Positions 1 to 11,924 of a stretch of DNA of 64,000 nucleotides are shown in pieces. Under the pieces are notes generated by a model. The model searched no databases, was not told the DNA's origin, and worked only from the letters and a program-made list of their open reading frames with translations. A program made the translations under genes and the position numbers. Numbering within the stretch: the first letter of the stretch is position 1; every line of letters starts with the position of its first letter. This stretch comes from Pseudovirgaria hyperparasitica (lineage: Eukaryota): assembly GCA_010093815.1 (NCBI GenBank), contig ML996565.1; one strand, written 5' to 3'.

Positions 1-1
1 T

Positions 2-940
2 CACACGCTCTTGAACACGGAGAAAGTGGATAAGTTGCTGTGGGATGCGTGCGGCGTGGCGAACTTGGACGGTGAGGAGCTGGTAAGTTATCTTGTGACC
101 GGGCTGGAGTATTTCCAGTTCGACACCAAGGTCGAAAGCGATCGGTATATCAGTCTAATCAACAATGACCTCTGGGCCATCGGCAACAGCACCGGAATCT
201 GCGACCCCCTGAATCTCGCAGAAGTCACTGCACCGCCCTATCCGGTCGAGTTCTGGCAGCTGGCATATGACACAATCGGCGCGTTGTACGCATCGCTGGG
301 CATGAAGTTGCCGTTAGACCAGACAGGCTTCGATCTCGCACTGTCGAGCTGGCGGGCCGTGTACATATATTTCTGGACCGCGCTGCTCTTCCTGCTCTTC
401 AAATCGCTCATCTTCCTCGTTCTGATCCGACGGAACAAGATCGACATGTTCGACTATGCATCCATTGGCATTCGCGCTGTGGGCATGATGGTGTGCGTCG
501 GGTTCCTGGGCGCGCTCGCCAAGGACGACGTTCTGATCAATCTTATCAAGACGCCTGCGATTCTGCCCTCTGTCGTCGCGCTGCTGCTGATCATCCTGCT
601 ATGCGACCACTTTGCGCGCGTTGCGGCGAATTGGCGGCTGAAGAAATCGGGTCAGCCGTTCGATGAGGACAAGGATGAGGGTCATCATGGGCATGGAGAG
701 CAGCGTGAGCATGTCGAAAATCATGGACACGACGGCAAAGAAGTGGTGCGGCCCAGTGTGATGCCGCTGCAGGGTACAGACGCATCGTATAGTAGTTCGT
801 ATACGGGTTACAATCCTATGCCGGCGATGCATATGAATTCGGACAGCTCGCTATACTCTGGCCTTCCGACGCCATATTCTTCACCAGTACAAGGGCATGT
901 AGCGGTACAGTATGTGCCAGTCGCACAATTGGGGCATTGA
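2..940 (+). CDS. C-terminal part of a multi-pass membrane protein (possibly fungal LtrA/low-temperature-requirement-like); 5' end lies outside the window
   Basis: Frame is open from the window edge to TGA at 938-940. Three hydrophobic helices (YIYFWTALLFLLFKSLIFLVLI; GMMVCVGFLGALA; ILPSVVALLLIILLC) are followed by a His-rich, low-complexity tail. The family guess is weak. Confidence 0.6.
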   Translation, partial: HTLLNTEKVDKLLWDACGVANLDGEELVSYLVTGLEYFQFDTKVESDRYISLINNDLWAIGNSTGICDPLNLAEVTAPPYPVEFWQLAYDTIGALYASLGMKLPLDQTGFDLALSSWRAVYIYFWTALLFLLFKSLIFLVLIRRNKIDMFDYASIGIRAVGMMVCVGFLGALAKDDVLINLIKTPAILPSVVALLLIILLCDHFARVAANWRLKKSGQPFDEDKDEGHHGHGEQREHVENHGHDGKEVVRPSVMPLQGTDASYSSSYTGYNPMPAMHMNSDSSLYSGLPTPYSSPVQGHVAVQYVPVAQLGH

Positions 941-1209
941 TTAGAGTTAGGGAGTGATGTTGAGACACGTGATATTGACTTAAGTAGAGTTTTCATGAAA
1001 TGGGCATCTATATTGTCAAAACAGATTGTTACACTAAACATGTAACATAATGCAAACAAAAGTGGTATCGTGCCGGAGAAAGACAGATATACTCGCGAAA
1101 CGCCAGTTGCGCCGTCGCTATGTCTCAAAAGATAATCAAAAATTTGGTGAAATGTCGTGTTACAGTAGGTATGAAGGGCGACACGGCCGGTTCGCCTCCC
1201 TAAAATGGA

Positions 1210-2246
1210 TTATACCTCTCGCCATCCGTTGTTCATTGGCTGTCTTGTGTGCCATCCGCTCTGCTGAACAGGCTGCACCGGCGACTGCTGGTATCCATAT
1301 CCAGCATCATCGTTTCCATGATAAGGTGATCGGGGCGGCTGATATGGCGATGCTTGGCGAGCGTACTGACCACTTTCGTAGCCCTGATTCTGGTTGCTAT
1401 AGTCGCCTCCGTACTGTTGTTGGTTGTGGTATACACCAGACTCTTGTCCATATGCATTATTATTCTGGTAACTAGCGTCTTGCCTAAAGCCATGACCGCT
1501 ACCGTAGCCGCTTTGATTCGTGTTCTGGCGGCTGTTCTGAGGTCTATATGGGCCGGCATGATAGCCTCCACCATACGGGTTTTGGTGTGGTTGTTGTCCA
1601 GTAAAATACCCATTCTCCGAGGGTGACTGCACAGGCGAACGACCTGCTGGCGAGGCAATAGGCGCGGCTGCTGCTACGTATTCTCCATTCGGAGCAAGGG
1701 GTTTCATTTCTACATCTTCATGGGAATCATCCTCGATTCTATGGCTCTTTGCATCGCTCCATGACGGCATTGGTGGGAGAGCATCTTCATTCACAGGCTT
1801 GCTACTCGGGGTGTCAAAACGCGCATACTGCGGCGGTTCGTATGCATCGTTGTTCGAGCGGAGGCCGCCACCAGGTGTATATGAAGGCGCAGGGTGCGAT
1901 TGGTATGGAGTATTATAGGAGTTTGGGAGGACACCGGCGGTACGATCGGGGTCTTTCCGTCGACCGGAGCCGCAACAGCCAGCACAGCACTTAAAACAAC
2001 AGCAAGCGCATTCGGCACCACAACATAGGCATCGTGCAACACACCATATGATAGAGATGGCGATCAGGGCACCGACGATGATAATGACAATAACTGGCCA
2101 CCTGGCAGGGACTGTGTTAGCAATAGCTCCAGCTAGCACATACAGTCCTGATCGTACTTGCAGTATGTCTTTGCCATGCACTTGTCCCAGGACGAGAAAG
2201 TCTGGGGGGCATCTTTTATTCCGTTTACAAGGTCCTGTTGCGACAT
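1210..2246 (-). CDS. Pin2-like single-pass membrane protein with Cys-rich juxtamembrane segment and Q/N/Y/G-rich tail
   Basis: Spliced model MSQQDLVNGIKDAPQTFSSWDKCMAKTYCK|WPVIVIIIVGALIAISIIWCVARCLCCGAECACCCFKCC, with an intron at about 2102-2157 (GTACGA...CTAAC...CAG). The SWDxCM..CK motif, TM helix and Cys cluster resemble yeast Pin2. Start codon uncertain. Confidence 0.75.
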
Positions 2247-3859
2247 ACCGACGGTCACAACCTATATACGTCGTAAAGTTTATTGGGTTGCAGCGACTAT
2301 GACCAGCACAATCTCTAGAGGAATAGACAAGAACAATGCCTGATGTACGTCGCACGAGTAGTTTCAACAAACAAGTTGTATAGCCTGTGAAGCGTTTGGC
2401 AGATGTGACTGGCGATGGAGGCGAAGACGATGTGGTATAGAAGAGTATTGTTGCAGGGGCGGTGGTTCATTAGGCACACAATGCTGTGCAGAGTAAACGA
2501 GAGACTGGCGACGTAGAGTCGATGTGGTTGTCGAAGGCGACAGAACAAGGGAGAGCAAACGTTGCAGTGAACAGGTGGAATGGGCAGTGATAGAGGAGAA
2601 CGAACTCCTTTCATGATGATCCATGTCCAAGCTTCGATCCCCAGATCTGAAACGCGTGGTGACAGTCTGCTAGTCCTGTTCGGGTTAGTCATGAATTCTC
2701 GGGCATTGTTCAAACCTATGAACACTTTCGAGTCGAAAGATTAACAGCCATATACTCGTCACTTACCGTGGTCTATGTCTATATATCTATAGTCACAAGC
2801 ATTACTCGGTCTTGAATATTGAGTTGTAGGCTTAGCAACCTTGGAAACATAAACTGAAGTACATGAAAATAATGAGCTATTAATCTGTTTCAGCTTAGAG
2901 CTCAAGCCCATCTCGGATAGAGCAACTAAGCACAATCAAGCTAAAGCGCTCCTCTTACCTCACAAATTTATTCGATATCGAGATCTCCCTTCTCCGAAAG
3001 ATGTTTCTATAGGTACACCGAATCGACGTATCGTTGACCCGGAATTTTTACTCTCATATTGAGTTGGAGATATAAGGGCGGTAAACGACGCTTTCATTCT
3101 GTTAGAACTTCAAGACGCATAAGAAAATAAGTGGCATTGTCAGATATCTCGAATGCATGGCTTACAGTGCCTTATGCTAAATGTACCAGAGGGTGAGAGA
3201 CTAGAACCGGTTTGTATCAGTCTCAATCAGTCAGTCAAGGACGTCGAAAGAGTGGTTGATCGTTCTATTGACCGATGCACTCCTGGCTGGTCAACTTCTA
3301 GTTGACGCCAAGCGTTCAACACTGTCTCTCAGATGTTTCCAGTCATAGTGTGCTCCAATCAAATTGAACTCAAGTGGCCATTACAATAGCAGCTTGCCAT
3401 TTCGGTACTCTAGTAATCTTTGGAATTGGAAAGTTTGACCGTCGAGTCTTGTTTATGCAAAGTCAGGAAGTCATGGACACACCAAAAGATGACATGTGTT
3501 TTGAGAAGAGCTCTGAAGTATGACCTCCAAGCCAGATGCCCATCATTTGATCCTCATGGACATCAAGATACTTAAATTCCCTCTTCTAAACAGCGCTTTC
3601 CGCTTACTCAAGGATCAAGTCTAGGTACGAACGAGTATCTCCACCCACTTAGACGACTTAAACATTGTGGAATGACCTCCTGTGACATAGTTAAGGACGG
3701 TATCTACATCTGTAACTTGGCATCGTTCGACGAAGTGACGTGAGGTAGGAAGTGGATAGACCACCTCTTCTCAACTCCATATGGTCGTTATGAGGTACTT
3801 TATGAATGAAGACTTCGATGAATGAAAAATTGTGGCTTTGATTTTTCGATATTACTACC

Positions 3860-4384
3860 AGCCAACCTTCAAGATCTGGATTTTATAAGTTGCCTCGAGA
3901 ACTCCGCGATATAATCTGTGGACTTATATACCCAGAACTTGCTGGAGTATCTGTTCAGACTTCTCCTTATTCTTTCAGGCCATTCATCCTCTACGGAAAC
4001 AAGGATCTCAGCGAGTCACAGCTCACGTTCCTCAATTTAAGCCAGCAAAATTACGTCGAGATATCTGTACATTTACGGAGACATGCAATCATCTGGCTAA
4101 AGATGCATGAACCTGGACCCTGACTTGCTCCACAGACCGCCCGTCTTTCCTTGTCGGGTACTCGTCACTTGGATATGCTGCCCTTCGACATAACTGGCCT
4201 GCCAGCTGGAGGTACTTTCGATTTCGTCAAGGGTATTAACAGTACCGTTCACTCTATGTGGCTCTTACAACTTTTGTCGGAGGGGACAGCGCTGAAATCG
4301 GTTGGCCTACATATGCATTCCCACCCCAATCAATGCTGCCATATGAGAGTACAATCTAGATATATACAGCGGTACACTGTGTAA
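3860..4384 (+). pseudogene. Probable decayed F-box-like hypothetical gene
   Basis: GFYKLPRELRDIICGLIYP is an F-box-like N-terminal motif. ORFs 3890-4123 and 4151-4384 are in the same frame, separated by one TGA at 4121-4123. No clear ATG. Confidence 0.45.
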
Positions 4385-4412
4385 GAAATACAGGTGGGTC
4401 AGTCTTCCGATC

Positions 4413-5903
4413 CTACGCCTTAGCCATGAGCTTCAGCCCGGTCAACTTCAACCTTGCAGCAACCACAAAGACCGCGCCAACAACCAACAGCAGACCCGAG
4501 AACAACGTCAAGCCGAGAAACCCATTACCACTCGAAGAAGCGATTGCACCTGCAATAGGACTCCCTATTAGAACACCAGTCGCGGACACAGCATACAAAC
4601 TTCCCGTTCGCACGCCCAATTTCCGTACATCAGGAGATATCTTCGCAATCATGGCTGGTATGATTGAGAATACACATCCCGACGCAAAACCATAGAAGAT
4701 GGTAAAAATAATGATCAATGCATTTGTTTGGCCTGATTCCATGACCGTGCTCGGCAGCCACAATGCAATGCATGATACTGCGCCTAGGCTGGTGAGTGCA
4801 ATCATGATATTGAATACCCCAATAATGTCTCCGAAGTGCGCTGGTATAATTCGTCCGAATGTAGAGGCTCCATTGAGGATGGATACCAAATAACCTGCCA
4901 GGCCAGTCGACATTCCTTGGGCTCTTGCTTGCACGATGATGAAGGTAAACGGGATGAAACCACCGATATAGAGGAACCACGAGCCTATACCCAATAGCAA
5001 GAATGGCATCTCTTTCCAAGGTACTATGAAGTCCATGAGCGCCAAAGGTTGCTTCAGAGGAGGAAGCCGCGACTTGACCGTCAATATGCCAACGCTGACC
5101 ATCCCGAGAAGCAAAAACGCGAGCGCACGCATCGTCCAGCCAAAACCAATCTGGACTACAAGTCTATTGACCATGATGGGAAGCACGACACCACCGATGC
5201 TGGAGCCGGACGCCATAATACCAATGGCCAGGGCGCGGTGTCGTAGAAACCAAGTTGAGCATGCAGTCATGGCTAAGATACTGTAAATCCCTCTGATGGA
5301 AATTTTGTAATTCCACATGACTTACCCGGATAGAATACAAAGCTACAGCCAATGGCACTACACACCGACTGAGCCAGGAAGATCTGATAATACTCCCTCG
5401 AAATCGACGTCATCATCAATCCAAAGACATGGAGGAATGACCCGATGAGAATGGGCACCCGCGGTCCATAATGATCGGTAATTTTGCCCACTACTGGGCC
5501 CCAGAAGAACATCATGAATGACTCTGTGGAGGGGATCCACGCAACAGCGCTCGACGAGTAATGCGAGAGGAGATTCGCTTGATAGTAGTTTTGGAAGATT
5601 CCTATGCCTACAGCGCATGTCAGTAAAGGTGTTGAGCAGTAGAAGGCGAAGGAACTGACAGTTGATCCAGCCAAAGCTTGCAAAAATAGTACAGAAACCC
5701 CCTACTACGACGAGCCATGCCTGCAAACCGCCATCTGGAAAGTCCCCATTGCTAGGTGCAGATAGAGTTGGAGCGCGCTTTTCCGTGTCAGCAGCTGGAG
5801 CTGCCATAGCTGCAATCGGTAGTTGTATCGGCTCGTTATCGACAGAGGGCTGGGGTGTGCTGTCTGCAGAATGTCTCTTTCTTTCCTCGAGGTCGGATCC
5901 CAT
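4413..5903 (-). CDS. MFS monocarboxylate-porter family transporter (Mch5-like)
   Basis: [16 protein letters not shown]...FGWIN motif, [20 protein letters not shown] motif and many TM helices. GT-AG introns at 5608-5659 and 5273-5325 join three ORFs in frame. Confidence 0.92.
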
Positions 5904-6475
5904 TGTGGCAGATTGTATTGTCTGCCTCGATAAAGAAGGATGGGATTAGAGTTGAGAGCAGCTGACTTTTCTTCTTGCCGAAACTTTTGCGATAGTTATA
6001 TACTCTACATTGGAACTTTTAGAGATTGAGCAGGGGATGACCTGAGTCACCTGCTGATCGAAAGATGATGCCTAATACGGTATCATGTTTCGACATTTGA
6101 CTGAGGCTGCGAGGAGAAGAGAAGAGGTTAAGACCGTCGTCATATGCTTTGTTTTTAACGCCGTCGGCGTCGGCTTCGGCTGTTGATGGATCAGACTATT
6201 TTGGCTTTGTTGATCAGATACGCCAGATGCCATTATGATCCCTGCTCCAACTCGAATCTTAGAGCCTTATTGGGACTAGTGTTACAACTAGTGGATCCCA
6301 TGTAGTGCAGTAGACTAAGTAGTGCATTCTCCGATCGCATATCTGACTCTTGGTAATCATCCGTGCGGCCTTTCCCATCTTGCCGCCATTTCTCGAGCAT
6401 ATATCAGCCTCATGTAAGACTACACATGTATGGAGCTAATCCGGTCCAAAGCTTGGCCTTCAACAACATGCTAGA

Positions 6476-8235
6476 ATGGTGGGAGTCGCTGGAAAAAGCA
6501 AGGCTTGCCACGACTGTAAGAGGAGACGTGTGAAATGCGATTTTGAGCGTCCAGCATGCCGACGATGCGCCAAAGCAGGCATTGAGTGCTCTGGCTATGC
6601 GCAGGAAGTGGTCTTCGTGAACAGGAGTATCGATAATCCTACCGTATCAGCGCCCTCTGTGTTAGCTAGGTCCAAGATCCAATCTATTCAAGAAGAGCTT
6701 GATGAGCTGGTGAGCCTATCACAAACACCAGAGTCGTCGGTCCGCTTCAGAGCAGGTGTTTTCAAACTCTTGCAGAAATTGTACCTCCCACAGCCCGAAG
6801 TCGAAAGCGATACCTCCGACCATTGCGCCCCATTCACTTGGTTCAGAGCTGTGTGCGAGCTCGAGAAGCCCTGCTTGACACTCAATCACGCACTCGTCTC
6901 TTTCTGTACGGTCCAAGTACTTGTCACGAATACTGGCAATGTGACACGTGAGCAAGCTTGGGAAAGATATCACGAAACTCTGGGATATCTGTCGGCCGCG
7001 CTGAACGATAACGATCCGAGTCGCTACGTCCATATTCTCGCGTCTATTCTAGTTCTCTCGACCAATGAGCTATTCCTATGTCCCACAGATGATGGAATGC
7101 GAGTCCATGTACAGGGAATCGCAGATCTCCTCCGTCTGAGGAAGGGCTGTTCGCATGTATCTCCTGAGATAAGGGCTCGATTGTTCTCTAGGCTCCGCAT
7201 TATTAGTGTAAGTTATCGTCATCCTCATACCAAGCAAATGCAGAGTCCGACGTTCCAGTTTCATCCCTAACTTTGAAGCGGCTATCTCGAGATAGTATAC
7301 ATATCGTGGATGGGAGGATATTGCACCAGCCGGGACCTCACTCACCCCACCGATATCTGATTCAATAGTACAGCGGAATATAACTGGCATCCTCACCACT
7401 CGTCAAGACATTGTTAGTACCACAAAGATACAACCTGTACTCACAAGAACCACAGGTCCTCCAACAACTCACCTGCCACCAACCTGGCCCAGTCAGTCCG
7501 TCCCGCTGGGCGTCGCTCATGGCCGGCGACACCGCCCTCGATCCCCTGGACACTCTCTTCGACATCGCCTCCCGCCTCCCACGCACTCTTGCATCGGCCT
7601 CTCACCTATTCTCTCAATCCAAACCCCTTGTCCCAAGCCAGCCCCCCAAAGAAGACATCTTCGCCGTAACAACATCCCTCTGGAGCACCCTCCGCGATAT
7701 CTACACCTGGCAGGACACAATCCGCAGCTCCTCCCCCACCCCACCATACACCGCCGTACCCTCGCGCCTCACAAATCCATCCGATACAAGACATGGCACC
7801 CCGCTCTTCCCGTTCGCGCTCGAGTTCCGCTCCATACAGATCGCGACATTACACGTATGCTCATGGGGCTTCCAGCTGCATACCCTCCTGATCATCTCTC
7901 GGCTTTCAAGCTCGTTTCACTCTTCTGTTCCTCCTGCTGGACCGTCAGGATCAACGGATCCGCTCTCGTCTCCGTTTTTGCCCTTGCACAGCGTATGCGA
8001 CGAAGCGGATAAACTTGCGCGTCTTTTGTGCCAATCGATCGAGTACTGCCACAGAGTCGAGATGGGGACGTTTGGGCCGCAGACGATGGTGTATTCGCAG
8101 TGGGTGCTGCGGCATTATTTTGGCTGGCGGGGGGCTGTGAGGGAGGCGGAGTGGTGTGCAGAGGTGGAGAGGATGAGGGGAGAGGGGACATGGTGTGGAA
8201 TTGGATTGTTGAGGCTGACGGGTGAACTGCTGTGA
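6476..8235 (+). CDS. Zn(II)2Cys6 transcription factor
   Basis: [41 protein letters not shown] binuclear cluster. The C-terminal fungal TF region ends [12 protein letters not shown]...GTFGPQ. Intron(s) lie between 7208 and 7455. Confidence 0.92.
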
Positions 8236-8385
8236 TCGATAAAGTACCGTCAGTACGTGATGACGAGAGGTATAACTTCATATTAGTGTATACAAGAGGG
8301 GGTTGGCACATAGCAGCGAGGCAACAGTCATGAGCTTAATCATGAACATATGTATATAGATATGACAAAATATCTGTCGTGAGCC

Positions 8386-10493
8386 CTATTTCATGAGCAA
8401 CGTAGTCGCCCAGCTTACATTCAAGGTCCTTAAGTCCGCATAATGCTGACCTGTTCCTAGAAACACGACCGGAATCCCGGTTGCATGCACCATGCTGACC
8501 AATGTGCCCACCATATCCCCGACAGTGTCACACTTGCTAATGATAAACCCATCCAAACCTCTCCCTGACCCAAACGACGCATTGAAGTTCCGCGCTTGCG
8601 CTACAGAGTCGGAGCCCACAAGCGCCTCGCCGACCATGAAAATCTTATCTGGCTTCGCCAATTGCCCGAATTTCTCCAGCGACGACATCAGCCGCGTATC
8701 GTTGTGCCGGCGACCAGCCGTATCGATGAGCACGACGTCATATTTTGGGTCTGCAGAGGTCGCGTGTTGTACGGCCTCGCGAGCAATGTTGGCTGCATCC
8801 TTGCCGTAGCCGCGCTGGAACAAATCAATATGGCCGCCCTCACGAGCCGAGAGCTCTTGGAGGTTGCGAACATGGACGCCTAGCTGTTCGACGGCACCGG
8901 AACGGAAGGTATCCGCGGCAACGACGAGGATGCGAAAGTTGTTTTGCAGGAGGAAGAAGGCGATTTTGGAGAGATTGGTTGATTTGCCGACGCCGTTGAC
9001 GCCAACTATGGAGAGGATGTACGGTCGGCCTGTACGATTGGTGGCTTGGATTGAGCGGAGAAGGTCGAGTGAGGTGGTTGGAGTGAGGATCTTGGTAAGG
9101 GCACGCTCCATTGCACTGCGGAGGGTAGTTTCGATAGCTGTTGTCTGTCAGCATGATGATGACGGAAATTAAGAGAACAGGTTCGTACTGGTGAAGCTAT
9201 TAGTTTTCGCACCGATTAAATCGACCTTGACACTCTCGCATAACCGGACAGCGGCCTCGCGTGCAACATTCTTCTTCAGGAGGTGATCTTCCATACCCTT
9301 CAGAGGCTTCTCGAGATCCGCCTCAGTCAAGGTCTTGCCTCCAACGACATTCCTAAAGAGACCACCAATAGCGCCCAAACTCGACCCTACAAAACCATTC
9401 GTACTATTGCTGCTGCTTTCTTTTCCTGCACTGACTTTCGACAGTATCTCGTCCATCTCATCCTCCAAATCTTTGAGCACAAACTCTCCCTTTCCTGTCC
9501 TCTTACCCCATGTGCTTTCTTCCACGTGCTCGACTGCTTGCGAGGTTGCTTCGTCCAGGTCAGCAGGTGCGGAGTAATCTAGTTGTGTATTGTCATCCGC
9601 ATGATCGGCAAGTCCGAATTCGTCCCACACTCTATTCTTCTTCGTGTTACTCTTCTTTCCACCCTTGCTTGTTGGCCGACCTTCATCTCCAGACGATGGC
9701 GCGGGACTGGCAGTCTTCGCTCGTTGACGGTCGCGCCGGGATAGTTTACCGCCCGGCCGTAGACCCTTCGCTTGTAAGATATGAGCTGCGGGTGACGCAG
9801 GTCTTGAGGCATCTGGTGTTGGAACCGGCGTCGCATCGGCGGAGCTGTCGGCGTGTATGGAGCGGTTGGGTACTATCGCAGTTGGTCAACATGCCTCGCA
9901 ATGCACTTTAATTTGGCTGACGTACCTTTGAGGCCTTGTACAGAAGGCTTTGCCGGAGCGCTTTCACCCTCGGAGCTCGACGGTGGAGTTGTGTCGGTCG
10001 TTGGTATCCTTCTGGCGGGAGTGGCAGGCTGTCCGTCATTCTTGGACTCTAACTCTTGAACTTGTCGATCGAAATAATCGTCGAAGGGATACTCTGTGCT
10101 GCTATATTTCTTGCTCTTGAGTTGTTCGCTATATAAGCCCGTGAACAGTGTGCGTACGTTATCCAGCAATTTATCGATCCATGTCATATGCACCAGCGAC
10201 TGATATACGGCCTAAAACGACGTCATTTAGCGATTGTGCTTTCGGATGATGGATGACCTGCGCAGGGGCGTACAAACCACGAAGATGAGGCCCAAATCCT
10301 TCGCAACGGTCCATTTTAGAGTGTAGCCTTCCTTCTTGTAGGTGGGTTTCTGTCCTGGGTCTCCGCTGGTCCGTATGTCTTCAATGAATATATCCCGGAT
10401 CAAGCTGTTCACGATATTTGCGCCGACGGGCACATATTGCTTAGACCACAGCACAACTCCAGAGGTCGAGACGATTTCAAAACTGTCGAGCAT
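8386..10493 (-). CDS. SRP101: Signal recognition particle receptor alpha subunit
   Basis: N-terminal SRX domain (MLDSFEIVSTSGVVLW; YTLKWT..KDLGLIFV). SRP GTPase motifs GVNGVGKSTNLSK, DTFRSGAVEQL, DTAGR, SKCD and GTGQHY. Several short introns. Confidence 0.96.
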
Positions 10494-10770
10494 CCTGGCG
10501 CATAGACAACTAATATCGCGACAGTGAACGTGGTGGGTGGTGGATTTTGCGATTGCGGCGAACGGCAGTAAGCCAAGAGTGCGGAGCGGAAGGCCAGTTT
10601 GTGGGATCGCCAGAAGTTTGACTCTCTTCTAGGTAACACTGTAACAGCAACGACATCCAACATACAACACCACACCCTCGCTTCAGAAACAATTTCGCGA
10701 TCGGCCATCCGTCCCCCAGAGCTGACGATATTCACTGTCCTTAGGACTGTCTCACGCTCTCTTCGTCACA

Positions 10771-11924
10771 ATGCATCGTGGACAGTACAACCCACCACCG
10801 GCACACTCACCACCTCTACATCACCCGGTTCCACAGCACGTCTCGACCGTTCCTCAATTACGTTCTCCGCCGCCACCTACACCTCAATCACAGCAGGGAG
10901 GCTATACACCGCAGCAAGGCCAGCAGCAGCATCAAGGTGTTCCCTTTGGTTACCCAAATGCATTTACCGACTTCGCCAGTGACCCTACCGCACAGCTAGG
11001 CATTCAAGCTACCAAACATGCTCTCGCGGCAGGTCAAGGATGGGCAGGCGCAGCAGTAAGTAAATTTTCCTACCAAGTCTTACTGCATAGTATACTTGAG
11101 GCTGTCTTCGTTTTGATACAACCGAGCGCTGGACGAGCTATGCGTCTTCTACAATCCCTCACGTACTGATCCCTCTCCAGGTCAATCGCTATATCGACAT
11201 CCCCGCCCTCAAACATCTATTCAACGTCTCCAACTCCTACGTCCTCACAAAAACCTACGTAATCCTCTTCCCATGGCGCCACCGCCCATGGTCGCGCCAA
11301 CAGCGCATGTCACATTCGCACGCCGACCCCTCCTCCGGCGGTGAATACCTCCCTCCGCGCGAAGACATCAACTCGCCCGACCTCTACATCCCAACCATGA
11401 CCTTCGTAACCTATATCCTGCTCAACGCCGTGCTTGCCGGCGTCAAGGGCACATATCACCCGCGCCTGCTCAGCATGAACTTCGGCACCACGGCCTCGGT
11501 CCTGCTCATCGAATTCCTCTTCCTCAAGGGCGCATGCTACTTCCTCAGCATCCGCGGTCCGACATCGCCCTCGGGCGCGAACAGCCAGTGGCTCGAGCTG
11601 ATTGCGTACTCCGGGTACAAGTTCATTGGGATCATCTTCACGCTCCTGATCACGAGCATCCTGGGCGGCAGCACGAATGCGCACTGGGGCTGGCTCAGCT
11701 GGAGCATCTTCCTGTACTGCTTCCTCGCGAACGGCCTCTTCTACGTCCGCAGTCTGCGCTGGATGCTGCTCCCGGACTCGGCGGCTGGTGGTATGGAGTG
11801 GGGCGCGCCGCAGCCGGGCGTGGGTGTACATGCCGCGAGAGCGCAGAAGGGACGCAGGACGAAGTTCCTCTTCGCCCACAGCTATGTCGCGCAGCTTTTC
11901 TTCATGTGGATCTTGACGCGCTAG
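10771..11924 (+). CDS. YIF1: ER-Golgi transport protein Yif1/Hrf1
   Basis: LKHLFNVSNSYV...LFPWRHRPWSR, PREDINSPDLYIP and AYSGYKF motifs. Intron 11056-11180 (GTAAGT...CTGAT...CAG). Confidence 0.93.
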
